Shown here piece after piece: positions 10,236 to 20,200 of a stretch of DNA of 64,000 bases. This DNA is from Candidatus Poriferisocius sp. Lineage in GTDB: Bacteria > Actinomycetota > Acidimicrobiia > Acidimicrobiales > Bin134. Below the pieces are notes generated by a model. It did no database searches. It was not told the DNA's origin and was given only the letters and a program-made list of their open reading frames with translations. The first letter of the stretch is position 1. Each line of letters opens with the position of its first letter. The position numbers and the translations under genes are program-made. The DNA lies in the NCBI RefSeq assembly GCF_965208475.1, contig NZ_OZ242338.1, positions 978,782 through 1,042,781 of the forward strand, read 5' to 3'.

Positions 10236-12149
10236 TCACACCCCGGCGGGGCCCTTCGCTACTTCCTCGAGGAATGCGGCATTGTTCGGGAAGGTCCGCA
10301 GGCGATCCATCAACAGCTCCAAGCCCGCTGCCCCACCCCCGTTTCCGTCGCTGGACAGGCCGTTGAGCACCCGGCGCAGCTTCCACACCTGCTGAAGCTG
10401 GCGGCGCTCGAACAGCAACTCCTCGTGGCGGGTGGATGAGGCGTCCACGTTGATGGCCGGATAGATGCGTCGCTCGGCGATATGCCGGTCGAGGCGCAGC
10501 TCCATGTTTCCGGTTCCCTTGAACTCCTCGAAGATCACCTCGTCCATACGGGATCCGGTTTCCACCAGCGCGGTGGCCAGAATGGTGAGCGAGCCGCCCT
10601 CCTCCACATTGCGGGCCGCGCCGAAGAACTTCTTGGGCGGGTAAAGGGCGCCAGTGTCGATACCGCCCGACATGATGCGCCCGGTGGCCGGAGCGGCCAG
10701 GTTGTAGGCCCTCGACAACCGGGTGATGCCGTCAAGCATGATCACCACGTCCTCGCCTCGCTCCACCATGCGCTTGGCCCGCTCGATGGTCATCTCCGCC
10801 ACATGGGTGTGCTCATCGGCCGGACGGTCGAAAGTGGACGCCGCCACTTCGCCCCGCAGCAGCCAGCGCCGCATGTCGGTGACCTCTTCAGGCCGCTCGT
10901 CCACCAACAGCACCAGCAGGTGTACTTCGGGGTTGTTGAGCTCGATAGAACGAACGATCTCTTTCAAGATGGTGGTCTTGCCCGCTTTGGGGGGCGACAC
11001 GATCAGGCCGCGCTGGCCCTTGCCGATGGGCGACAAGAGGTCGATGATGCGACAAGTCATGTTGGCCGGGTCGTCGACGCGTTCCAGCCGCAGATTCTCA
11101 TCGGGGAACAGCGGGGTCAGGTCTTCGAATTCAGGGCGCTGCTTGACCGATTCGGGCGGTTGTCCGTTGACGCTGTCGATGTGCAGGATGGCCGGGTTCT
11201 TCTCGTTGCGGGTGGCCGGCCGGCAGCCGCCGGTGACGTAGTCGCCCTTGCGCAATCCGAATTGGCGGACCTGCTTGACCGACACGTAGGCATCTTCCTT
11301 GCTGGGCTGGAAGCCCTTGATCCGCAGGAAGCCGTAACCGTCATCCCTGAGATCCAGATAGCCCGAGATGGCTATGGGATCGCCCTCCCAAGGCTCATCG
11401 GACCGCTCGCGCTCGTTGCGGCCCCGCCGCCGCCGGCGGCGGTTGCCGGCCTCGGGTTGGTCTTCCTGGTGCCGGGGCCGGTCTTGGCGCTCTCCGCGGC
11501 CTTGGCCGTCTCGGCTCTGGCGCTCTCGGTCTTGGCGCTCTCCGCGGCCTTGGCCGTCTCGGCTCTGGCGCTCTCGGTCTTGGCGCTCTCCGCGGCCTTG
11601 GCCGTCTCGGTCTTGGCGTTCCCCGCGGCCTTGGCCGTCTCGGCTCTGGCGCTCTCGGTCTTGGCGTTCCCCGCGGCCTTGGCCGTCTCGGCTCTGGCGC
11701 TCTCGGTCTTGGCGTTCCCCGCGGCCTTGGCGATCTCCGCGGTCCTCATCGGTGTGGCCGCGGTCGGCCTTCTTCTCAGGGGCAGTGTCCTCGGCCGATT
11801 CCTCTTGGCGGGCTTGTCCTTCATCGGAGCTTGAGGAGTCGGCTTCTTCGGCGCGGCGCGCTTCAACCAGATCAGCCTTGCCCTCGGTCTCATCGCTCGG
11901 CTCTGCACCGCCGCCGTCTTCGGCGCTAGCCGCCTGGGCGGGGGCGGCCCCGTTGCCATTCGGGTCGGGTGCGGCTTGGCCATCGCCGTCGGCACCGATG
12001 CCGGCAAGCTCGAGGATCAAGTCCACGATGTCTGCTTTACGGGCCTTGGCGTCTGGCCGCCCGCCCATGGCCCTAGCAATGATCTGAAGCTGCGCCCGAT
12101 CTTTGCGTTGAAGTTTGGACTGAGATAGCTCAGTGGTCTCTACGCTCAC
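10236..12149 (-). CDS. rho: Transcription termination factor Rho with a long Arg/Asp/Gln-rich repeat insertion in the N-terminal region
   Basis: The C-terminal ~400 aa are canonical Rho ([28 protein letters not shown]). The N-terminal ~230 aa are low complexity with [16 protein letters not shown] repeats. Confidence 0.95.
   Translation of the reverse strand: MSVETTELSQSKLQRKDRAQLQIIARAMGGRPDAKARKADIVDLILELAGIGADGDGQAAPDPNGNGAAPAQAASAEDGGGAEPSDETEGKADLVEARRAEEADSSSSDEGQARQEESAEDTAPEKKADRGHTDEDRGDRQGRGERQDRERQSRDGQGRGERQDRERQSRDGQGRGERQDRDGQGRGERQDRERQSRDGQGRGERQDRERQSRDGQGRGERQDRPRHQEDQPEAGNRRRRRRGRNERERSDEPWEGDPIAISGYLDLRDDGYGFLRIKGFQPSKEDAYVSVKQVRQFGLRKGDYVTGGCRPATRNEKNPAILHIDSVNGQPPESVKQRPEFEDLTPLFPDENLRLERVDDPANMTCRIIDLLSPIGKGQRGLIVSPPKAGKTTILKEIVRSIELNNPEVHLLVLLVDERPEEVTDMRRWLLRGEVAASTFDRPADEHTHVAEMTIERAKRMVERGEDVVIMLDGITRLSRAYNLAAPATGRIMSGGIDTGALYPPKKFFGAARNVEEGGSLTILATALVETGSRMDEVIFEEFKGTGNMELRLDRHIAERRIYPAINVDASSTRHEELLFERRQLQQVWKLRRVLNGLSSDGNGGGAAGLELLMDRLRTFPNNAAFLEEVAKGPAGV
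11479..11745. repeat. In-frame 48-nt tandem repeats (about 5-6 copies, one shortened to 33 nt) inside rho
   Basis: Near-identical ...ggccttggccgtctcggctctggcgctctcggtcttggcg... units encode [16 protein letters not shown]. Confidence 0.9.
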
Positions 12150-12424
12150 ACTGCTCCCTTGAAGTGCCGCAACTCATGGGCACTCGTTTCTCTTTTGAGA
12201 TGCCACACCTGTGATGGCACTTCGTTTTGATAGGCACACCGACCGCGAATTCGGAGGGCATGATTCGAGCAGCCGTTAACCACCGGGACGCTGACAAGCA
12301 AATGCCGAAATCGACCGAGCGGTCAGAAGGCTTCCCGTAGGACCGCAAGCAATACCGCAGTCCTAACGCCGGGAATGATAGCCCAAGCCTCGACCGCTGG
12401 CAACATTCCCGCCATTTTGGTCAG
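12150..12424 (-). promoter_or_regulatory. Long rho leader / intergenic region
   Basis: 275 nt without a convincing ORF between the ApgM-like gene stop and the rho start, visibly less GC-rich. Long leaders are typical for autoregulated rho. No specific element recognised. Confidence 0.35.
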
Positions 12425-13570
12425 TCAGGTCTCAGCCAGCAGGTTTGCCATCAAGTGGTGGCCAGGCACTACCTCAGCCGAGGCTGCTCCCTGTTCGGTG
12501 TAGACGCCGCCGGGGCCGTTGACCCGCGAGTCCACCAGCAAGTAGGGAACTGGATCGCCGGTGTGGCCCCGCAATGTCAGTGGCGTGGCATGGTCGGGCA
12601 GCAGCAGCAACCGCCACGGACCAGTCTGGTCGAGGCCGTCTATCAGGCTGGCCAGTATGCGCCGATCCCAATTCTCCAGACACCTCACTTTCTCCGCCAC
12701 GTTGCCCTCGTGTCCGGCCTCGTCGCTGGCCTCCACATGGATCACATACAAGTCGGCCCCGGAGGCCAGCCCGGCCAGGGCCGCATCCCGCTTGCCCTCG
12801 TAGTTGGTGTCGTACCACGCGGTGGCCCCGGGGACGTCGGCCACCGTCATTCCGGTGAGCGCCCCGATCCCCCGCACCAAGTCCACCGCGCTGACCAGTC
12901 CGGCCTCCACGCCGTGCATTTCCCGAAATGAGGGCATCTTCGGCTGGAAACCCTGCCCCCACAGCCATATCCGGTTGGCCTTGAGCCCGAACTCGGACAC
13001 CACTGATCGAGAAGCCTCCTCCAGGGCGGCCAGCTTGGGGCCAGCCGGGCCTCGGGGGCCCACCACCATCTGATCGGAGAGATCGTGGGGCGGCGTACAA
13101 TCGGCGTCGGCCCAATCGGCGGGGGCGATCATGGTGTGGCGGTACTGAACGCCAGCGTGGAAGCTGACCTCGCCGCCCAACTCGGCATCCAAAGCGGCAA
13201 TCACCTCGCCAGCCTGCTCCGAGTCGGGATGTCCGCCGGAGAAGTCGGCCATGATCCCGTCGTCGGTCACGGTAACCAGATTGCATCGGTAGGCAACCTG
13301 ATCGGGAGTGAGGTCGAGACCTAGGGCTGCGGCCTCTATGGGTGAGCGCCCCGTGTGGTAGCGGGTGGGGTCATAGCCGAATATAGACATGTTCCCCACA
13401 TCGCTGCCTGCCGGCATCCCCGGAGGAATTACCTGGGCCAGCCCAACCTGTCCTCGGCTGGCCAGCGCATCCAAAACCGGGGTGTGGGCGGCTTCCAACG
13501 GGGTGGCCCCGCCTAGTTCGGGTACCGGCAAATCAGCACACCCATCAGGGATGCACACCACGTACTTCAC
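12425..13570 (-). CDS. ApgM-family (cofactor-independent phosphoglycerate-mutase-like) protein in the thrB position; proposed alternative homoserine kinase
   Basis: (V)KYVVCIPDGCADLP...TPLEAAHTPVLDALA N-terminus and a DEAGHEG metal-site motif of the alkaline-phosphatase/ApgM superfamily. GTG at 13570 gives the canonical N-terminus. The ORF is open to ATG at 13621. Confidence 0.75.
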   Translation of the reverse strand: MKYVVCIPDGCADLPVPELGGATPLEAAHTPVLDALASRGQVGLAQVIPPGMPAGSDVGNMSIFGYDPTRYHTGRSPIEAAALGLDLTPDQVAYRCNLVTVTDDGIMADFSGGHPDSEQAGEVIAALDAELGGEVSFHAGVQYRHTMIAPADWADADCTPPHDLSDQMVVGPRGPAGPKLAALEEASRSVVSEFGLKANRIWLWGQGFQPKMPSFREMHGVEAGLVSAVDLVRGIGALTGMTVADVPGATAWYDTNYEGKRDAALAGLASGADLYVIHVEASDEAGHEGNVAEKVRCLENWDRRILASLIDGLDQTGPWRLLLLPDHATPLTLRGHTGDPVPYLLVDSRVNGPGGVYTEQGAASAEVVPGHHLMANLLAET

Positions 13571-13671
13571 GAAAAACGACTCTCTCGCTTCAACCGACAG
13601 CGCCGGAGGCGGGACAAGCACACCACGTTCTTCACGACGCCCGATTCTGCCAGATCACCTTGGGCTTGGCG

Positions 13672-15072
13672 CTATCCGGCGCCACGACCCGAGCATCGGG
13701 CAACATGGGCCTTCACCGCCGCGAGGTCGTTGGCCAGGCGGGTGCAGCGCTCAGGGCGGTCGGCCAGTTCGGCCAGGGTTTGCGGCATTGGAGGCTTCAC
13801 CCCGATGGCCGCTTCCACCGCATCCCCGAACTTGGCCGGATGGGCGGTGGCCAGCACCACGATCGGGCCCTCTGAACTGGTCCGGCAGCGCCGCGCCGCG
13901 GTCAGGCCGACCGCGGTGTGGGGGTCGATGATCATGCCGGTGTCGCGGTAGAGCTCGGCGATGGTGGCGGTGGTCTCCCGGTCATCTACCCGGATCCCCG
14001 ACCAGCCCCGCTCGAGGTCGGCGGCGATGCGGGCGTCGATCCGCATCTCTCCGGTGGCCCGGAAGTCCTCTAGTTCTTGGGCGGTGCGAATCCCATCCCG
14101 GTCGAAGAGCTCAAACAGCAGGCGCTCGAGGTTGGACGACACCTGTATGTCCATGCTCGGCGATAACGTCGGGCGCACCTGGGAGATGGCCATCGACCCG
14201 GTGGTGAAGAACTGGGTCAAGATGTCGTTGCGGTTGCTGGCCACCATGAATCGGTCGATTGCCAGGCCCATCTGGCGGGCCACATGGCCAGCCAGCACAT
14301 TGCCGAAGTTGCCGGTGGGCACCGAGAACGACACCCGCTCCAGGCCGTATCGGGTTGCGGCCGCCACGTAGTACACGGTTTGGGCCATAACTCGGGCCCA
14401 GTTGATGGAGTTGACCGCCGACAGCCGCTGCTCGGCCCGAAAGGCGGCATCGGCGAACATGGCTTTCACCAGATCTTGGCAGTCGTCAAACGTCCCCTCG
14501 ATGGCCACGTTGTGGACGTTGGCACTGTCCACCGTGGTCATCTGCCGCCGCTGCACGTCCGAGACCCGCCCCTTGGGGTGCAGGATCACGACCTGGATGT
14601 TCTCCCGGTCGCGCACCGCCTCGATGGCCGCCGACCCGGTGTCGCCTGAAGTGGCGCCCACGATGGTCACCCTCTCACCTCTACGGGCCAGCTCCTCGTC
14701 GAACAGGCGCCCCACCAGTTGAAGGGCGATGTCCTTGAAAGCCAGCGTCGGGCCATGGAACAGCTCCATGAGCCACAGCCCGCGGCCCAGTTCCACCATC
14801 GGCACCACCTCGGGATGGGCGAACCCCGCGTAGGCGTCCCGCACCAACTTGTCGAAGCGGGCCCGGGGGTAGGCCCCGTCCACGAACGGCCACATCACCT
14901 CCGAGGCCAGATCGGAGTAGTCCCCTGTTCCAACGTTCCCGGTCAGCGCCTCGGGCGACAGCTCCGGCCAGTGGTCGGGCACATAGAGCCCGCCGTCCGC
15001 GGCCATCCCGGCCAACAGCACATCGCCGAAACCCAGAACCGGGGCCCGGCCCCGGGTGCTGATGTACTTCAC
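13672..15072 (-). CDS. thrC: Threonine synthase
   Basis: 466-aa ORF with FHGPTLAFKD (PLP lysine) and TSGDTGSA motifs. ATGA overlap with hom. Confidence 0.93.
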   Translation of the reverse strand: MKYISTRGRAPVLGFGDVLLAGMAADGGLYVPDHWPELSPEALTGNVGTGDYSDLASEVMWPFVDGAYPRARFDKLVRDAYAGFAHPEVVPMVELGRGLWLMELFHGPTLAFKDIALQLVGRLFDEELARRGERVTIVGATSGDTGSAAIEAVRDRENIQVVILHPKGRVSDVQRRQMTTVDSANVHNVAIEGTFDDCQDLVKAMFADAAFRAEQRLSAVNSINWARVMAQTVYYVAAATRYGLERVSFSVPTGNFGNVLAGHVARQMGLAIDRFMVASNRNDILTQFFTTGSMAISQVRPTLSPSMDIQVSSNLERLLFELFDRDGIRTAQELEDFRATGEMRIDARIAADLERGWSGIRVDDRETTATIAELYRDTGMIIDPHTAVGLTAARRCRTSSEGPIVVLATAHPAKFGDAVEAAIGVKPPMPQTLAELADRPERCTRLANDLAAVKAHVARCSGRGAG

Positions 15073-16415
15073 CGGCTGACGACTCGCAACAGCGCGGGCA
15101 CGCCCCGTACCGAATCCAGCTCTCGGAGATCGCCCAGGGTGGCCTGCACGTCCCGCTCGGCCGCCTCATGGGTGATGAACACCAGACGGGCCTGATCGCC
15201 CAGGCCCTCCTGCTCCATCGAGCGGATGCTCACCCCATGGCGGCCAAACACCCCGGCCACCGCGGCCAGCACGCCCGGCCGGTCCAAGACCTCCATGTTG
15301 ATGTAGAACTCCGACTCCAGATCGTCGATGGAGCAGATGACCGCCTCACCCCGATCGCCGATGGGCGTCCACGTGCCCCGACCCCAATTGCCGGCCGCGT
15401 CGATCAGGTCCCCCAGCACGGCGCTGGCTGTCGGCCGCCCGCCCGCGCCCCGCCCATACAGCATGAGCTCTCCCACCGCGTCGCCCTCTATGAAGACTGC
15501 ATTGAAGGAGTCCCGAACCGCGGCCAGCGGATGGTCGGCAGGCACCATCGCCGGGTGGACTCGAACCGCCAGTTCGGGCTGGCCGCCGATATGGCCCACC
15601 CGCTCGGCGATGGCCAAGAGCTTTATCGCGTAGCCCAGCCTTCGGGCGAAGGCGATGTCGGCAGGACCGACGCTGGAGATGCCTTCTCGGTAGACGCTGC
15701 CCGCCGGCACCCGAGCCCCGAAGGCCACAGTGGCGATGATGGAGGCCTTGGAGGCGGCGTCGAACCCCTCTACGTCGGCGGTCGGATCCTGCTCGGCGTA
15801 CCCCAGCGACTGAGCATCGGCCAGAGCGTCTTGGTAGCTGGTTCCGTGCTCGGTCATCTGGCTGAGGATGTAGTTGGTGGTGCCGTTGACAATGCCCATA
15901 ACCCGACGGACCGGCTCGGCCGCCAGCGACTCGCTCAGCGGGCGGATTAGGGGTATGCCCCCTCCGACTGCCGCCTCGAACAGCAGATCCACCTGGGCGG
16001 CGTCAGCGGCGGCAAACAGTTCGGCGCCGTAGTTGGCCAGCAGTTCTTTGTTCCCGGTAACCACAGGCTTGCCGAGCTCTAGGGCGTTCGACACCAGTTC
16101 GCGGGCCGGCTCGATCCCCCCGATCAACTCCACCACTATGTCCACTCTGGGGTCATTCACCACCGCGGCGGCATCAGCAGTCAGCACTCCATCGGCCAGA
16201 GCCACGGAGCGGTCGCGTGCCGCGTTGCGCACCGCCACCCGAACCACGTCCAGCTTCAATCCGGTGCGCTGGGCGATCGCCGTCTGCCGCTCTTGAAGCA
16301 GGGCAATCAACGCCGATCCCACGTTTCCACAGCCCAGAACGCCAACGCCGATTCGCTTTTGAGGGGAGTCGCTCACCATCCCCACCGTACCGGCTGGTGT
16401 CCGGCGGTCGGGCAA
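15069..16415 (-). CDS. hom: Homoserine dehydrogenase with C-terminal ACT domain
   Basis: GVLGCGNVGSA Rossmann motif, a central catalytic domain and a C-terminal ACT-like segment (DRPGVLAAVAGVFGRHGVSI). The start may be the internal ATG at 16379. Confidence 0.92.
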   Translation of the reverse strand: MPDRRTPAGTVGMVSDSPQKRIGVGVLGCGNVGSALIALLQERQTAIAQRTGLKLDVVRVAVRNAARDRSVALADGVLTADAAAVVNDPRVDIVVELIGGIEPARELVSNALELGKPVVTGNKELLANYGAELFAAADAAQVDLLFEAAVGGGIPLIRPLSESLAAEPVRRVMGIVNGTTNYILSQMTEHGTSYQDALADAQSLGYAEQDPTADVEGFDAASKASIIATVAFGARVPAGSVYREGISSVGPADIAFARRLGYAIKLLAIAERVGHIGGQPELAVRVHPAMVPADHPLAAVRDSFNAVFIEGDAVGELMLYGRGAGGRPTASAVLGDLIDAAGNWGRGTWTPIGDRGEAVICSIDDLESEFYINMEVLDRPGVLAAVAGVFGRHGVSIRSMEQEGLGDQARLVFITHEAAERDVQATLGDLRELDSVRGVPALLRVVSR

Positions 16416-16477
16416 GATTTCACTCGATTCTAAATCACTATTGCTTTTTGTGATATACGCTCTAGTTTAGACATTCT

Positions 16478-16840
16478 ATGATGTCTTACGAACTATTTTC
16501 ATTGGCCAGCGATCTCCGCCAACAGGCAGTGGCCTGCGAGCGGGTCCGGGGTGACGTAGATCGAATCTGGTATGGCCTCGACAACTTGCTCGACGGGCCG
16601 GTGGCCCGCCATGTCCCCCTCCTGTGGAAGTCTGCGGCCGCCGATGCCAGCCGGTTGCGCCTGCACAACCGGCGGACCCACTTGGCGCGGCTGCGCTACG
16701 AGATTGAGAACACGGCCAATCGTCTGCAAGCCCGAGCCGACGAACTCCATGCCGATGCAGCCCGCGTTGAGCACGCCGCTGAGGCGGCCCGCAGGGAGGA
16801 AGCTCGCGAGCTAGCACTCCAAGCTACTTATTTTCAATAA
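16478..16840 (+). CDS. Helical-hairpin protein, WXG100-like with WKS in place of WXG (putative Esx partner)
   Basis: 120 aa, all-helical by composition. LLWKSAAADASRL sits centrally where WxG is found. It lies directly upstream of a WXG100 gene and is flanked by AT-rich spacers. Confidence 0.5.
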   Translation: MMSYELFSLASDLRQQAVACERVRGDVDRIWYGLDNLLDGPVARHVPLLWKSAAADASRLRLHNRRTHLARLRYEIENTANRLQARADELHADAARVEHAAEAARREEARELALQATYFQ

Positions 16841-16924
16841 TCTTCTTGCTATTCCAGTGCAGTTAGATTATCAAAGAGGATAACTTGATCTGCCTGAGAG
16901 ATCACCCGAGAGAAAGGCCCTGCC

Positions 16925-17194
16925 ATGTCTGTTTTGACCATGAACACCGAGGAGATGGACCATCTCCAGCAGCAGCTCACTGCTTTTGCCGGCCAGGTGG
17001 AAGACCTCCGCACCCGCCTCACCGCCGCTTTGGAGGGAACCACTTGGACGGGTAGCCGCTCCGAGCGGTTCAGGGGAACGTGGCATGAGCAATGGTCGCC
17101 CTCGCTGGGGCAGTTGCAAGAGGCGCTCACCGAACTTGCCACCGCGGTGGGCCTCGAGCGCCAGAACACCGTCGCGGCCCTCGACTCGGTCTAG
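16925..17194 (+). CDS. WXG100 family type VII secretion substrate (EsxA-like)
   Basis: 89 aa with a central TWTGSRSERFRGTW (W-x-G), helix-turn-helix proportions, and a GAGAAAGG ribosome-binding site. Confidence 0.75.
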   Translation: MSVLTMNTEEMDHLQQQLTAFAGQVEDLRTRLTAALEGTTWTGSRSERFRGTWHEQWSPSLGQLQEALTELATAVGLERQNTVAALDSV

Positions 17195-17251
17195 CGGCGT
17201 CGTCCTCCTATGGTCTGAGCCACAGTCCCCGTTGCCTCTTCGGCCGAGCCC

Positions 17252-20200
17252 GTGCGCCTCTTCTACGACGGCCCGGATGGTGGTCGAGAGGTGGGCATCC
17301 AAGGCGAACTGCCTGCCACTGTGGGCGACTTGGCACAGATCCTGGGTTTGTCAGAGCCCGTCGACGGGCTCTGGATTGACGACCGATGGGCGGCCGCCGA
17401 ACGCCAACTCGAAGAAGCCGGGTTGGCCGACGGCGCCCGAGTGGGCTTGCGCTCGGGCCCGGGTCCCGACCCCCCGGGGAGGACACTGGAGGTGGTCGGG
17501 GGACTGTGCGCCGGCGACCGGCGTCTGTTGCCCGCCGAAGGGCTGAGCGTCGGCCGCTCCCCCGGCGCCGACCTGACCCTGCCGAGTGTCGGGCTCCGAC
17601 CGGAGCACGCCCGCTTGGTGTTCCACGACGGAATGGTCGTTGCCCAGTCGGGCGAGGACGAGCCGACTACGGTCGAAATCTCCACGCCGCTTCGGCAAGG
17701 CAGCGCTCTGATACAGGTGTCCGATGCCCCCGACGACCGTCCTGCCCACCTGGCCGGTATTGCGGGGCCCACCACTTGCGGGAAGATCGCCTTCAATCGT
17801 CCTCCCCGACCAGCACTACCGGTGCGGTCAGAACCGCTTCCTGCTCCCTCCCCAGAGCAGCGGCGATCGGCGCGAACCGTGGCATTCGGCTGGGCCGCGC
17901 TGGCTGGACCACTGCTGGTCGGACTGCTGATGGCCGTGCTCTACAGCCCCTACATGGCCTTGTTCGCCCTGTTGAGCCCCTTGATGATGGGGGCCACCTG
18001 GTTCGACAATCGCCGTCGCGATCGCCTCGACCGCCGCCGATCCCGCCGAAGGGCCCAAGCATCGCTCGCCGACTTTCAGAGCGCGGCCGAGGCGGCCCAC
18101 GCCGCTGAAATGCGCCGCAGACGCGATCTGCACCCCCACCTGGCCGAAGCAGTCAGGCGGATTCGCCAGCCCAGCGTTCGACTCTGGGAGCGGAGGCCTG
18201 ACCATGGCGATTTCATGTCGCTAGTGGCGGCCCACGGGTCTCGACCCTTCGCTCCCGACCTGGGCGGCGCCGATGCGGGGGACTTCGAGGAGGCGGCCGC
18301 GGTGATCGAACAGCTTGGGCCCCTGCTCGACGTGCCCATTTCCGTAGATTTAGGGCCGGGCAAGCTCCTCGGCTTGGTGGGTCCCCGCGGCGCAACCACG
18401 GCCATGGCCCGTGGACTGCTGCTCCAGGCAGCCGCCTGTCACGGACCGGCCGACCTGGCGGTTCTGATTGCCGCCGACGAGGTGACCGCGCCGGCTTGGG
18501 CGTGGACCGCCTGGCTCCCTCACACCGTCCACCGGGCCATAGGCCGACCTCATTTGCTGGCCGATTGCCGTGTCGCGGCGGCAGAGATCGCGGCTGAGCT
18601 AGCCCAAGCCTGGGGTCGGAGGGAAGAGGTCCACTGGCCGCAGCTGCTGGTGGTGGTCGACGGAGAGAACTTGGCTACCGGCAGGACGCCGCCGCTTCGT
18701 CCCCTGCTCCAAGGCTTGGCCGGGCCGACCTCGGCAATCGTGCTGGCTTCCAGTGTCGACCAACTCCCAGCCACTGCCACTGCGGTTGTCGAGGCCCGCG
18801 ACACGACTGGCGCTGTCGATGTGTCCGAAGCCGGGGAGACCTTCGGTTCCGTGCTTGCCACCGGCATGAGCTTGGGACTGGCTCGAGCCACGGCCCGCGG
18901 CCTGGCCCGCTATGAGGATCCCGAACAGCCTGGCACTGGTTCGGGTATTCCCGACCGATCATCGCTGTTCGACCTTCTCGGCCTTCCCGTCCTCGACAGT
19001 CCCGCGGGCATTGCGGACCTGCCGTCGCTGGGCGAAGTCGTCGCCGCCCGTTGGCGGCAAACCCAGCACGCCGACAGCTTGGCCTCCCCCATCGGCGCCG
19101 ACGGCCACGGCCCGCTGTTTGCCGACTTGGCCGCCGACGGCCCCCACGCGCTGGTGGGAGGCACCACCGGGTCGGGCAAGAGCGAGCTGCTGCGCACGCT
19201 GGTGGCTTCTCTGGCCTCCACCTGCTCTCCCGAGCAGGTCAACTTCGTGCTGATCGATTACAAGGGAGGCAGCGCATTCGACGCCTGCGCTTCGTTGCCC
19301 CATGTGGTCGGATTGGTCACTGATCTAGATGACCGGCTGGCCGAGCGGGCCCTGCGCTGTCTGGAAGCCGAGCTCCGCCATCGGGAGCAAGTTCTGCGAG
19401 AACGGGGGGCCACCGACTTGAGCCACTATCGGTCGCTGGCCCAGACCGAGGGCGGATCCCGGGGGGCACCGCTGGCCCGGTTGGTGGTAATCATCGACGA
19501 GTTCGCCGCCTTGGTCAACGAGCTGCCCGGCTTCATGGACGCCCTGGTGAATGTGGCCCAACGGGGCCGCAGCCTGGGCATGCACTTGGTGTTGGCCACC
19601 CAGCGACCCGCGGGGGCCGTCAATGCCAACATCCGCACCAACACCGCTCTGCGCATTGCCTTGCGAGTCCTCGACGCCGCCGACTCGGTCGACGTGCTCG
19701 ACAGCCCAGAGGCCGCCACCATCGGCCGGCACCGGCCCGGCCGAGCGTACGCCCGATTCGGCCCTGGCGAGTTGGTTGAGTTCCAGTGCGCCCTGGTCAC
19801 CGGGGTCACTGCCGCCCAGCGAGGTCCCAGGGTCGTCCCCGCCCCCGACGGCATGCCTGAATCCGAGCCGGAGGCCGCTACCGACGATGAGAGTCCTGAC
19901 GACCTGTCCCGGCTGGCCCTTGCGGTGAACACCGCCTGGGACTGCTGGGAAGGTGTCCCACCCCGCCAACCTTGGCCCGACCCCCTGCCGTCGAATGTCT
20001 CGCTCGATGAGCTGACTGCTGACGGCATATCGGTCGCCGGAGTGGCGCTTGCACTGGCCGACGACCCAAACCGGCAGTGCCAGTATCCCCTGACGTGGGA
20101 TCCCACCGAAGGCAATGCCTTGTTCGTGGGCATCCCGGGCAGCGGAACAACAACGGCATTGGGTTCGTTGGCCCTGGCCCTGGCCCGCCGCTACCCGCCC

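Noticed and set aside
11479-11745. Regular ~48-bp repeats that could be mistaken for a CRISPR array.
   Set aside because: The units are contiguous with no unique spacers. They are in frame inside rho and encode a peptide repeat.
12130-12348. 72-aa ORF in the rho leader.
   Set aside because: It has no ribosome-binding site or family resemblance and a Cys/Arg-rich odd composition. It is more plausibly untranslated leader.
16430-16477. Promoter hexamers and an ATCAC...GTGAT dyad in the AT-rich hom / T7SS divergent spacer.
   Set aside because: No spacing fits -35/-10 consensus convincingly, and the dyad does not match a known operator. Only the AT-richness itself is reported.
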